From Mobula hypostoma (Eukaryota): 64,000 nucleotides of DNA. The notes under the pieces are model-generated. The model had not been told where the DNA came from, did no database searches, and saw only the letters and a list, made by a program, of their open reading frames with translations. The position numbers and the translations under genes were made by a program. Location: contig NC_086097.1 in NCBI RefSeq assembly GCF_963921235.1, forward strand, positions 19,346,001 through 19,410,000, given 5' to 3'. This document shows, in pieces, positions 11,798 to 24,801 of this stretch (its first letter is position 1; each line of letters starts with the position of its first letter).

Positions 11798-13624
11798 TTC
11801 TATAGTTCCCCAAGGATATTTTCAGAACTGATTGGACTCTCTTGTTATTGATCATTTAATCCTCATGTTCCCAATTAACGACTGTGTATTTAAACCCTGC
11901 TTCCTGCGCCTTGCTTTTCACAGTCTTAAAGTGTGATCTTGTAGGTTGCAAGAGCCTCTTTTTTTCTGTCTTTTCTGTGTTTTATGATGTCTGCTTACTG
12001 CCTGCCATTCCTGAATCTTAATTGTGTATCAAAGTTACTGAACTTGTGTTTGGATTACTGCCCCTTTGAGTTGGACTGGTTGCCTGTTTTTTGCGCATGT
12101 CAGCTAAAAGAAAGTAAAACTTGCTTTTGAATCTGCACATCAACTCCTGTCTGCATTGTGGTTTCTGCAATTGAGTTCACTCTCAATCCTCAGGGGTAGA
12201 GTGCTGGTCTTTCAACCCAGTGACCTGAGTTTCATTCCCTTGCAATAGAGGAGAGATTTAAAAGGCATATCAGAGGCATCTTTGTGCAAAGGGTGGTGTG
12301 TATTCAGAATGATCTGTCAGAAGTAGCGGTGGGGCAGACTCATTAGCAACATTTAAGAACCATTTAGGTAATGTAAGTACACAGAGGAGAGGTTTATAGG
12401 GCTATGGGCCAAATGAGGGCAGATGGGTATAGGCAACGTGGAATGGATGAAATGAGTGAAAGGGGCTGTCACTGTGATGTATGACTCAATCACTCTAAGG
12501 GTGGAATATGTGAGTGTCAGGAATGATGGAACTGGTAGTGGGTACCAGCCATGACTCAGTTGGTGATGCTCTCACCTTTGAGATGGGTGTCAATGCGGGT
12601 TTATACTCGGGAATCAAAGCACAGACGTTCAAGCCAACTCTTTAGTGGAGTACTGAGGCTGTGTGGCAGTATCACAGGGTGTTGAACTAAGGCTTTGCCA
12701 ACCTTCTCTCGGGTGGACATAAAAAAATCCCATTACCGCTGTCAATAAGGAGCAAGATGTCCTGGCCAGTGTCGACACTGCAGAAAACAGATTATCAAAT
12801 CATTCTCGCACTGCAGTCTGTGGGGGATGCTTGTCTGCAAAGAGGTTGTTGTGGGTCCCATGTTACAGCGCCTGCCTGGTGCCATCCATTGCAAGACCAT
12901 GAAGGACACTACATTTGTTCATTGTGATCCATTAAATTGCCATCCCTAAATCTGCAGTTTCACAGAAACTTCCCCAGGCCCCATCTCAAATTCTAATGAT
13001 CTTCCATGTGCTTGTACTTGTTATATTGTCTGTAGAAATCCAGTAATTAGCTTCCTGAGCCACTTGTATCAAGTTGCACCCCACTGTTCATTGATCTAAC
13101 AGTTCTTCACAAGTATATCTTCACAGCTGTACTTCGTCATTTCAGAACCCATTACTGCTTGGAAGTTTAAAACGTTCAATATAAATAGCTTGTTAGATAA
13201 TTTCATTTTAAGTATTTAACCATTTTAATGTTCACTTACAAATTCCTGCAGATGTACCGTGGAGAGCATTCTAACGTTGCCATGGGGGTGGGGGCTATGG
13301 CACAGGATCGAGGATGGGAAAAAGATCTGCAGAAGATCATAACCTGGTCAGCTCTGTAATGGGCACTAGCCTCCGTAGTATCCAAAACATCTCCAAGGAG
13401 CGATGCCTCAAAAAGGAGGTATCCATCACGAAGGACCCCCATCACACAGGACGTGCCTCTTCTCATCGCTACCATCAAGGAGGTGGTACAGGAGCCTAAA
13501 GCCACACACTCAATGATTCAGGAATGGCTTCTTCCCCTCTGCCATCCAATTTCTGTATAGACATTGTATCTATAAACACTACCTTACTACTTTGTAATTT
13601 TTTTATTTTTGCACTACTTATTTA

Positions 13625-14650
13625 CCATAGGAAACATCCTCTCCACACCCACAAACATTCAATAGGTTTCAATGAGGTTACCCCTCATTCTACTGAATTC
13701 TAATGAGTACAGGCCCAGAGTTAATCAAACGCTCTTCATACGACAAGCCATTCAATCCTGGAATCATTTCCATGAACCTCCTTTGAACCTTCTCCAGTTT
13801 CAGCACATCCTTTCTAGATTTTTTTTTTTGCATTGCTATATTTACGCTCTATTCTTGGTTGGTGCAGCTGTAACGAAACCAAATTTCCCTCGGGATTGAT
13901 AAAGTATATCTATCTATCTATATATAAGATGAGGGCTCAAATCTGCTCATAATGCTCCACTTGAGTCCTCACCAGTGCCTTATAAAGCCACAACATTACA
14001 TTCTTGCTTTTATATTCTAGTCTTCTTGAAATGACTACTAACATTGCATTTGCCTTCCTCACCACAGACTCAACCAGCAAATTAACCTCTAGGAAATCCT
14101 GCACATGGACTCCCAAGTCCACTTGCACCTCAAATTTTTGAATTTTCTCTCCATTCAAAAAACAGTCTATCCTTTTATTTCGCCTATGAAAGTGCATGAC
14201 CACAGACTTCCTAACACAGTATTCTATCTGCCACTTCTTTGCTCATTCTTCTAATCTGTCCAAGTCCTTCTGTAGTGTCTTACTTCCTCAAAACTACTGG
14301 TCCCTCTATCTATCTTTGTATCATCTGCAAACTTTGCTACAAAGCCATCAATTTTGACATCCAAGTCATTGACATACAATATAAAAGGAATCAGTCCCAA
14401 CACCAACCCCAGTGGAACACCACTAGTCACTGCCATCTAACCAGAAAAGGCTCCCTTTATTCCTATTCTTTGTCTCCCAATAATCAGCCACTGCTTTATC
14501 GATGCCAGTATCTTTCCTGTAATACTATGGGCTCTCTACTTGTTAAACAGCCTCATGTGTGCCACCTTGTCAAAGGCCTTCCGAAAATCCAAGTACACAA
14601 CGTCCACTGATTAACTTTTGTCTATGCTGCTTGTTAGTTATTCAAAGAAG
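13625..14650 (-). mobile_element. CR1-clade LINE ORF2 fragment, interrupted by a short plus-strand LINE tail at about 13817-13925
   Basis: ORFs 14251..14436 (VTSGVPLGLVLG...KFADDTK) and 13937..14203 (ESVVRKANAML...LYKALVR). Confidence 0.85.
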
Positions 14651-16446
14651 TCCAGCAGCTTTGTCATTTTGTTGGTGGCTTTCCGAGGCAGCAGAAAATG
14701 TAGACTGATTTTGGAATGTAATAGGTTCAGTGGAGAGAGTCTTGGCAATCCGTGTATTTCAGTATCCACAGGAATTCCATGCCTCTCATGCAAGTTCTCC
14801 ATCTGTTGACAGTAACACCTCCCTTTCTACTCCAAGTACAACTAAGGACCCAGGTTGAGTGACTTGCAGCAGAGTTACATTTGTTCGTAGTTTGAGAGGT
14901 GATTAGGTGTGGCAGAATGAAGGGGAGAAAATTATCACTACCAAGGCAACCAGTTCTTGCTTGACTCTGGCATCACTGGGGCATTGAATAAATGCTGTGT
15001 ACTTGTCATGAGATATCATACCATAAGGCATAAGAACAGAATTAGGCCATTCAACCCATCAAGTCTTCTCCACAACTCAAACTGCAGGAGAGTAGGCAAG
15101 AGAATGGGCAGTAAGAGAATGTGAGCTGAAGTCCCAGACACAGGTCCAATCTCAGCTGAGTTCTCTATTTTTAACAGCTTCAAGCAACCCTGCTACAGGA
15201 GGCAGACAGTAACAAGCATGACTGACATTCACTTCACGCACGCTGATGAAAGCCATTGGTACCAGAATCTTCAGTCCTGACACAATGGCACACATTGATT
15301 CCTCTGCAGTAGACTGAATAAAGTTCAACTGTGCTGCAGTTCCTCTAGCTTCTTTGTGTTTTGCCTTCTGCGGCAGCATTGGGAGTTTGAGAAGATCTGG
15401 CACAGCACCAAAGACTCTAACAAATTTCTACAGATGTACGTTGGAGAGCAGTCTGACTGGTTGCATCACCTCCTGGTATGGAGGCTCCAATGCACAGGAT
15501 TGAAAGAGCCTGCAGAGGGTTATAAACTCTGCTGCATCATGTGCGAAGGAAGAGTTGGATTGATGTTAGTAGGTTAAAAAGTCAGCATGACATAGTGGAC
15601 TGAAGTGTCTGTACTGTACCATACTGTACTCTTCTATGGTCTAACCCTCTCCACTATTGAAGACATCTTCAAAAGGTGGTGACTCAGGAAGGTGGTATCC
15701 ATCAATAAATATCCTCACTAGCTAGGACATGCCCTCTTCTCATCAGAGAGTTGGTACAGGAGCCAAAAAACACACTCAATTATTTAGGAACAGCTTCTTC
15801 ACCTCTGCCATCAGATTTCTGAATGGTCCATGAACACTACTTCACTTTTCCTATTTTGCACTATTTATGTATGTTTATTTATCTATTTATTTATTATTTT
15901 AATTTTTAAAATTTAACTTACGGTGGTTTTTATGTCTTGCCCTGTACTTCTGCTTCAAAACAACAAATTTCACAACCCATTCTATAAGTCAGCTTCTCTC
16001 CTCTTGTCAGACTCTGGAATGGGCCTCCTGTACAATAAGATGGACTCTTGGCCCCACAATCTACCCTGTTATGATCTTGCACTTTATTGTTTACCTGCAC
16101 TACACTCTTTCAGCAGTTTTTACACTCTATCCTCCAGTGTTACTGTTTTATATTATTGTAATGTGTAATGATCTGATCTGTATAAACAGTATGCAAGTGT
16201 TTCATTGTATTTTGGTACAACTAAAAATCATAAACTAATGTCATAATAAACCTGATTCTGATGTTGGCTCCAACTAGGTTTATGATGAGCAGAGAATATC
16301 CTTTATTCAGCATTAAAATCTCTCACCTTTGAATGTGATAAAAACCTGTGTAAGCTAGCAAGCACAATAAAGCTTAAGCAAGCAATTGTCATGGCTCTCA
16401 GGAGCAGTACGGAATTCAAAGGAGGTTTGAAAGAGCTAGTCCTTAC

Positions 16447-16494
16447 ACATGGAAGTCTGTGTGGTTTACACTGAGATCCTCCAGTACCATATGC
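16447..16494 (-). other. Candidate 48-nt internal exon
   Basis: Minus strand CTTTTAGCGTACAG|GCATATGG...TTCCATGT|GTAAGG; open in two frames (AYGTGGSQCKPHRLPC or HMVLEDLSVNHTDFH); lies in a unique island. Confidence 0.2.
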
Positions 16495-18034
16495 CTGTAC
16501 GCTAAAAGTGGAGTGCTATCATCTTCAAATCACCAGGCATCATCGTAAATACCGTAGCATTCTTCACTATATGTAAGCTGTATTGAAGACTTCTCAGAGA
16601 AAAGAAACTTCATGCAATGTGTCACTCACAACCACTCAACACCACTTTAAACAGATACATCAGATGTTGGCTGGCTATTTGAGTTCTCATTGACTCTACT
16701 TTCTTAGATGTTTGTGCAGATTCAGCAGATCATCTAAAATTTTGACAAACTTCTATAGGTGTGCAGCGGAGTGTATACTAACGGGCTGCATCACAGCCTG
16801 GTATGGAAACACCAGTGCCCTAGAATAGAAAAGCCTGGATACAGCCCAGTGCATCATGGGTAAAGCCCTCCTCACCATTGGGCATATCTGTCACAGGAAA
16901 GCAGCATCCATCATCAAGGAACCCCGCCATCCAGACCGTGCCTTCTTCTCACTGCTGCCATCGAGAAGGAGGTACAGGAGCCTTAGGTCCCATACTATCA
17001 AGATCAAGAAGTTATTACCCATTAACCAACCGGCTCTTGAACCAGAGGGAATAACTTCATTCACCCCAACACTAAACTAATTCCACATTCTATGGGCAAC
17101 CTCTGGACTCATGGAGTCATAGGGTCATAGAAAAGTAAAGCACAGAACCATGCTCTTTGGCCCATCTAGTCCATGCTGAAACCATTTAAACTGCCTACCC
17201 CCATCAACCTGCATTGAATCCCACATAGCCCTACTCACCCCTACCATACACTTACCTCTCCAAACTTCACTTAAATGTTGAAATCGAGCTTGCATGCCCC
17301 ACTTGTGCCAGCAGTTCATTCACTCTTTTTTTTAAGGACTCGCTTTCAAGGACTCAACAGTTCATGGTATTTATTGCTCATTTATTTATTATTACTACTT
17401 TTCTCTTTTTGTATTTTCAAAGTTTGCTGTCTTTTTCTCTTTGGTTGTTTATCCATGTTTCTGTGGATTTTCATTGACTGTATTGTGTTTCTTTGTATTT
17501 AATGTGAATGCCCACAAGAAAATGAATCTCAGGGTGGTGTACAATGACATTCAATATATCTACTTGTATAATAAATTTACTTTAAACTGGACCACAGACT
17601 AATTGAGAGACTCCACGTTCATTTGATATGAATGTATTAATTTCCCCTACTCTTACAAATTGGCCTCAGCATGTGAGAGTTAAAAAGCACATTGCTGTAA
17701 AATCTGCCCAATTAACCCCTTCTACTACAAGTAGCTCTGAAGTCATGTTGTTATCTGACTTGATCAGAGCTGTAATTTGCCTCGGACGCAACACCCGCAC
17801 ACAATCTACTGTGGTTCTGGGCCGGAGTGAACAGCAGAACTGATCATTTCCATTCTTTGCTCGGGGTTACTGAGAGCAATTACAAAACCTCTCTCACCCC
17901 CACGGAAACAACTCGGCCTGGAACTAACTCGTCAAGTTCATTGCCAGCCGTGGTGAGATGGAAGTACAGGGGGAAAGTTGCTCGCAGCAGCACCACAGGC
18001 ACGTAGGTACAGAAAACACAGAGGATATAAATCA

Positions 18035-18415
18035 TACACAAACAACAGAGATTCTGGGAATCTCAAGCAACACAAACAAACTACTGGAGGAATTTGGCAA
18101 GTCAAGCAGCATCTGTGGCGGGGAGCAAACTGCCGACATTTCAGGCTGAGGTCTTTCATCAGGACTGGAACGGAAGGGGGCAGAAGCCAGAATAAAAAGG
18201 TGAGGGAGGAGAAATACAAGCTGGCAGATGAAAGGTGAGCCCAGGTAAGGGGGAATGTGTCTGGGCGGGGGAAGAGAATGAAGTGAGAAGCTGGGAGATA
18301 ATAGGTGGAAGAGGTAAAGAGCTGAAGGAATCTGATAGGAGCGGACAATGGACTAGGGATGAAATAAAGGTGGTAAGACACCAGAGGGAGGTGCTGGGCA
18401 GGTTAGGAGAACAAG
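18035..18415 (-). mobile_element. PLE-derived non-autonomous 3' fragment with a degenerate hammerhead at 18130-18167
   Basis: Pyrimidine-rich body followed by CAGTC-CTGATGA...GAAA on the minus strand; same organisation as the PLE at 58967-59400. Confidence 0.65.
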
Positions 18416-18574
18416 GTAAATTAATTATCGAAGTACATATGTCACCATATAAAACCCTTACATACTGAATCTGCACAAACTTCTAAGTAGAGGTGATGCC
18501 GTGCTTTTTATGTAACGGCACTTGCATGCTGGATCCAGGACAGATCCTCTAAAAATAAGCCAGGAAATTACAGG

Positions 18575-19850
18575 CTGGTGAACCTAACATCAGTAGAGAG
18601 TAAGTTATTGGAAGGTATTCTAAGGGACCAAATATATAAGTATTTGCATTGACTGGGACTGATTAAGAATAGTTAACATGGCTTTGTGCATGGTGGGCCA
18701 TGTCTAACCAATCTTATAGAGTTTTTTGAGGAAGTTACCAGGAACATTTATGAAGGAAAGACAGTGGATGTTGTCTACATGGGCAAGGCATTGGCAAGGT
18801 TCTGCATAGTAGGTTGGTCAAGAACATTGAGTCACTTGGCATTAAGGATGAGATAGTACACCTTGGCTTCATGGAAGAAGCCAGAGAGTGGCAGTAGATG
18901 GTTGCTTTTCTGACTGGGGCCTGGCAGCTAGTGGGATTGGTGTTAAGTCTGTTGCTGTTTGTCATCTATATCAACTATCGGGATGACAATGTGATAAACT
19001 GGATCAGCAAATTTATGTATGACACCAAGATTGGGGGTGTAATGGACAGCTAGGAAGCTTGCAGTGGGATTTAGACAGGCTGGGAAAGTGGGCTGAACAA
19101 TGGCAGGTGGAATTTAATGCCGACAAGTGCAAGGCGTTGCACTTCAGAGGACAAACCAGGATAGGACTTACACAGTGAGAAGCAGGGAACTGAGGGATGC
19201 GGCGGAACAGAGGGATCTGGGTAGATCGGGTTGTAAAGAGAACTTATGGCACATTGACATTCATAAATCAATGTACTTAGTACAGGGAGTTGGGATGTTA
19301 TGTTGAAGTTGTATAAGATGTTGGCGAGGCCTAATCGGGAGTATTAAATGCTGTTCTGGTCACCTATCTACTGGAAAGATACAAATAAGATTGAAAGAGA
19401 AAATTTACAAGGATGCAGCCAGGACTTGACAACCTGAGTTATAGGGAAAGGTTGACTGGTTAGGGCTTTATTCACTGGAGCGTAGGAGACAGAGGGAAGA
19501 TTTGATGGAGGTATATAAAATTATGAAGGATGCTTCTATCCTTCATAGAGACTTTTTCCACTGAGGTTGGGTGAAACGAGAGCTAGAGGTCACTGGATAT
19601 GGGTGAAGGGTGAAATATTTTAGGGGAACATCTTCATTCAGAGAGTGGTGAGGGTGTTGAATGAGCTGCCAGAGAAGTGGTGGGTGTAGGTTTAATTTCA
19701 ACATTTAAGTGAGGTTTGGATAAATACTTGGATGGGAGCAGTATGGAGGAATATGGTCCAGGTGCACGTCAATGGGACGAGGCAGAATAATAGTTTGGCG
19801 TATCAGATGGGCTTACAGGCCTGTTTCTGTACTATAGTATTCTATGACTT
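18575..19850 (+). mobile_element. Old, heavily mutated CR1-clade LINE 3' part
   Basis: Nucleotide similarity to the other CR1 copies (CATGGCTTTGTG...TGTCTAACCAATCTTATAGAGTTTTTTGAGGAAGT; GACACCAAGATTGGGGGTG) and a CR1-type 3' end. Confidence 0.75.
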
Positions 19851-20849
19851 TATAACCAGTAAGGTTATAGTTCAGATCTGGTGGTAAATCTAAAACATCA
19901 ACTGTCCATTTCATTCTGGAGAGGCTGCCTGACCTGCCAGTTTCCTGCAGCATTATGTGTGTTGTTCCACATTCCAGTATTTCCAATCTCTTGTGTTTCC
20001 ACCTGGCCAATCAAACTGTGTGAAGATTACATAGGCAGAAAACTTGTGGAAAAGTTCTGGTCTAAGTTATAAGACAATAGAGAGATGGAATCGGAATTGA
20101 ATTGGAATTGGTTACTATTGTCACATGTACCACGACAGAGTGAAAAGCTTGTCTTGCATACTGTTTATACGGATCAAATCATTACTCAGTGCATTGAGGT
20201 AAAACAAAGGAGACAGTGATAATACAAAATAAAGTGTAACAAGCTCAGTACATGTGACAATAATAAACTAATTTATTTACCAATTTTAAAATCAAATGTG
20301 ACTCAGCTATTGCTATTGAGTCAAAAGCTTGTAGACTCGATTCCCAGTCTGAGGCGTGAACACAAAATTCTCAGTATTGGTATTGGTTTTGGTTTATTAT
20401 TGTCACATGTACTGAGATACCGCTTGTCTCACATTCTGTTCGTTCAGGTCAAATCATTACACAGTGCATTGAAGTAGAACAAGGTAAAACAATAACAATG
20501 AAGAATACATCTACAAAGAAAGAGAAGTGCAGATAGGCAATAAGGTGCAAGTGTGATGGTGTTGGGTTTGCTGACCGTGCAGTTCTAAACTCAAAAAGAA
20601 GACCCGAAGCCGTATCCAGTATACAGCAGATAGCACAAATATTCTCACTAAAGGGAGGTTATACTGTAACTACACAATCTTTAAATCAAGTTCTCTCCCC
20701 TGCATTTTTCTCCATGGTAAGTTTAGCTGCCAATACCCACTATTTGAGGAGTGAATCCCCTCCCAACCAAGGAGAAGATACTTCCAACTGACAAAGTAGT
20801 TTAAAACACACTTCATTTAACCTGTGCATCTGAACTGAAATTTGCATCT

Positions 20850-22772
20850 GCAACAGAAGATAACTAAAGAGGCAATACATAGAGAAAAAATGAGGTACAA
20901 AGGTAAACTAGCCAAGAATATAAAGGAGGATAGTAAAAGCTTCTTTAGCTATGTGAAAAGGAAAAAAATAGTTAAGACCAAAATCGGGCCCTTGAAGACA
21001 GAAACGGGTGAATTTATTATGGGGAACAAGGAAATGGCAGATGAGTGGAACAGGTACTTTGTTGTCTTCACTAGGGAAGACACAAACAATCTCCCAGATA
21101 TAAGAGTGGCCAAAGCATCTAGGGTAATGGATGAACTGAAGGAAATTTATATTAGGCAGGATATGGTGTTGGATAGACTGTTGGGTCTGAAGGCTGATAA
21201 GTCCCCGGGACCTGAAGGTCTGCATCCCAGGGTACTTGGTGGCTTTAGAAATCGTGGATGCATTGGTAATCATTTTCCAATTTTCTATAGATTCAGGATC
21301 AGTTCCTGTGGATTGGAGGGTGGCTAATGTTGTCCCACTTTTCAAGAAAGGAGGGAGAGGGAAACAGGGAATTATAAACCAGTTAGCCTGACATCGGTGG
21401 TGGGAAAGATGCTAGAGTCAATTATAAAAGATGAAATTACGACACATTTGGATAGTAATAACAGGATAGGTCCGAGTCAGCAAGGATTTACGAAGGGGAA
21501 ATCATGCTTGACTAATCTTCTGGAATTTTTTGAAAATGTAACTAAGAAAATGGACAAGGGAGAGCCAGTGGATGTAATGTACGTGGACTTTCAGAAAGCC
21601 TTTGATAAAGTCCCATATAGTTGATTAGTGGGCAAAATTAGGGCACAGGGGATTGGGGGCAGAGTACTGATGTGGATTGAAAATTGGCTGGCTGACAGGA
21701 AACAAAGAGTAGCAATTAATGGGTCCTTTTCGGAATGGCAGGCGGTGACCAGTGGGGTACCGCAGGGTTCAGTGCTGGGACCGCAGCTGTTTACAAATAC
21801 ATTAATGATTTAGATGAAGGGATTAAAAGTAACATGAGCAAATTTGCAGATGACACAAAGCTGGGTGGCAGTGTGAAATGTGAGGAGGATGTTACGAGAA
21901 TGCAGGGTGACTTGGACAGGCTGAGCGAGTGGGCAGATGCATGGCAGATGCAGTTTAATGTGGATAAATGTGAGGTTATCCACTTTGGTGGTAAGAACAG
22001 GAAGGGGGATTATTATCTAAATGGAGTCAAGTTAGGAAAAGGGGAAGTACAATGAGATCTAGGTGTTCTTGTACATCAGTCACTGAAAGCAAGCATGCAG
22101 GTACAGCAGGCAGTGAAGAAAGCTAATGGCATGCTGGCCTTCATAACAAGGGGAATTGAGTATAGGAGCAAAGAGGTCCTTCTGCAGCTGTACAGGGCCC
22201 TGGTGAGACCACACCTGGAGTATTGTGTGCAGTTTTGGTCTCCAAATTTGAGGAAGGACATTCTTGCTACTGAGGGAGTGCAGCATAGGTTCACAAGGTT
22301 AATTCCCGGGATAGCGGGACTGTCATATGCTGAAAGATTGAAACGACTAGGCTTGTATACACTGGAATTTAGAAGGATGAGAGGGGATCTGATTGAAACA
22401 TATAAGATTATTAAGGGATTGGACACGCTAGAGGCAGGAAGCATGTTCCCGATGTTGGGGAAGTCCAGGACCAGGAGCCACAGTTTAAAAATAAGGAGTA
22501 GGCTATTTAGAACGGAGTTGAGAAAAAACTTTTTCACCCAGAGAGTGGTGGATATGTGGATTGCTTTGCCCCAGAAGCCAGTGGAGGTCAACTGTCTGGA
22601 TGCTTTCAAGAAAGAGATGGCTGGAGCTCTTAAAGATAGCGGATTCAAGGGATATGGGGATAAGGCAGGAACTGGATACTGATTGTGGATGATCAGCCAT
22701 GATCACAGTGAATGGCGGTGTTGGCTCGAAGGGCCGAATGGCCTGCTCCTGCACCTATTGTCTATTGTCTAT
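20850..22772 (+). mobile_element. CR1-clade LINE, 5'-truncated, ORF2 RT with frameshifts
   Basis: Consecutive ORFs 20842..21327, 21397..21624 (DFQKAFDKVP), 21628..21813 (SGVPQGSVLGP), 21735..22055 (KFADDTK) and 22095..22682; (CTATTGT)n tail. Confidence 0.95.
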
Positions 22773-22875
22773 TTATTTCCAGTGATACACAATTAAATTC
22801 ATACAACACTCTTAAAACACATTTAAAACTCAGAGGATTTCTATCTTAAACAGTTCCCAATTACAAACCATTTCT

Positions 22876-23387
22876 TCTTTTTTATAATTTTTTTATTGAG
22901 TTTTCAAACTTGGTTACATGGAATAATAATATCTACCCTCTCCCCCTCCCGTTAACCCTTCCCCCCCCCCGATCCATACCCCTACCTAAAAGAAAAGAAA
23001 GAAAAAGAAAAAAAGAAAGAAAGACTGTCTGGATATTGGAATAAAAATAGAGGTTTTAAAAACATGAAGATTAGGTATGATAAAGCTACGAAAATACAGG
23101 AGAAAATGGATAAGAAATTTAACAAGTTGGAAAGAACGATAGAATGGAAAAAACAGAAAATGATATTCTTGCCTGGAAAACGGAAAGAGGTCAGTTGTGG
23201 GAAAAAGTAGATGTGCTGGAAAATTTTAGTAGGCGAAATAATAATAAGATTGTTGGTCTTAAAGAAGGTATAGAGGGAGATAATCCAATAGAATTTTTTC
23301 AAAGATGGATCCCGGAAAATTTGCAAATGGAAGAGGGAGATTGGTCAATTGAAATTGAACAGGCACATAGAGCTCTAAGATAAAAAC
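22876..23387. mobile_element. L1-clade fragment: minus-strand poly(A)/3' UTR end fused to a plus-strand ORF1 piece
   Basis: ORF 23144..23383 LENFSRRNNNKIVGLKEGIEG...IEIEQAHRAL matches the L1 ORF1p motif (LENRSRRNNIRIxG...ERAHR). T-rich end containing TTTATT at about 22878-22900. Confidence 0.75.
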
Positions 23388-23605
23388 TACAAACTATTTC
23401 TAAACCACAAGCCATTTCCAAAGCACAAAGCATTTCTCAAACACAAAGGATTAAGGATTTCCAAATCACAAGTACAATTCCTATAAACAAACAAGTTGTC
23501 CTTCACAGAAACCAAAGCTGGAAAAATGGATTCGAGCTCTTCCATGTTTCTTGATGACCTAACCCCATTCCCAATGACCCTGACCTGCTCTCTACACTTA
23601 TACCC

Positions 23606-24801
23606 TGTTGCATACCCCGTAACAGGTTAAAAGAACCAGCAGAAATGGAACACACCTGGAGTCTGTTTTTCTGTTAGCTAACACTACCTTATTAGTAACT
23701 ACGCTATACAGTAATATAAAACTAGATAAGTCTAACAGGTTAGCAGAGTTTATGCATATATAGGTGTGGAAATATAAAACCCAAACTTCTTCAAACTTAG
23801 GTGGTAATTGATATGGTCTTACGATGGTATTTTAAATAAAATTTTCAGTTCAGATGCACAGGTTAATTAATACAAAATAACAATAGTAGTAGGTTTTATC
23901 TCCAAAGTTGTTCCACTCCACACATGAAATAACACAGACAGTGATCTTCAACGAATATCCTTTCAACACAATTGGTACCACATCCGAATTCAGCTATGGG
24001 ACATCTCAAAGAGGCGAACACAGGATACTCCAACAGAATCCACATATGGATTATCACCAACAGTAGCTTATCACAAAGGGGACCCTCTTCAAGGGAACCA
24101 CCACCCAGGCAAAGGTTGACACACTGGTAGGTTCCACAAGGTTACCCCAAACACACAACGTGATAGTCATCTATCCCGTTCCACGACATACGAAGTAACT
24201 CCAACAGTGATTTGCAACGGGGTGCCTTTCTTCAGTGAGCTACCATACCCAGACAAAGGGTAAATACACATGTGGTATTCACAAAGGTTTTGCCCTCACC
24301 AGAGAACCCACTCCTGTGGATTAACTAAGTGACAATCACACTTTCGTAGTCGAATGGAAACAAACTCACCCTCATGGGCTACTTAGAGAGAGAGTCCAAA
24401 CAGTGATCTCTTTGTCACTAGGTTTCTTCTGTTTCAAACCTATCTCTCCTCTTTTCTCTTCCTGCAAACTTGTTCTAGTTGCAGAAAACTTGTGAGAGTC
24501 ATTTATCAATACTCAGGATCGATCTCAACTCACCCCTTTTGGGCTACTGAAAGTTTAAACCAGCGACCAACTCACTGGTGTCTTCCATTGACCGAATCCA
24601 TCTTGACTCTAACTGTGTGTATCTGTGTCTCCTTGTACATTCAAAACAAGCTGCAGAGAGACTGTAACATCGATTGTCCATCAAATAACTCCACCTCTCT
24701 CTCTCTGTAGCAGCTTAAAGAGTGTCCAAAAGTCAATACCATTCTCCCAATGTTTTAAGGTGACAGTCCGCAGAAAATATGAACCCTAGGGGTACATAAC
24801 A
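23606..24801. mobile_element. Solo LTR, 1196 bp (Gypsy-like by TSD length)
   Basis: TGTTGCATACCCC...GGGGTACATAACA (TG..CA, 13-bp imperfect IR); perfect 4-bp TSD ACCC (23602-23605 / 24802-24805); no long ORF. Confidence 0.75.
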
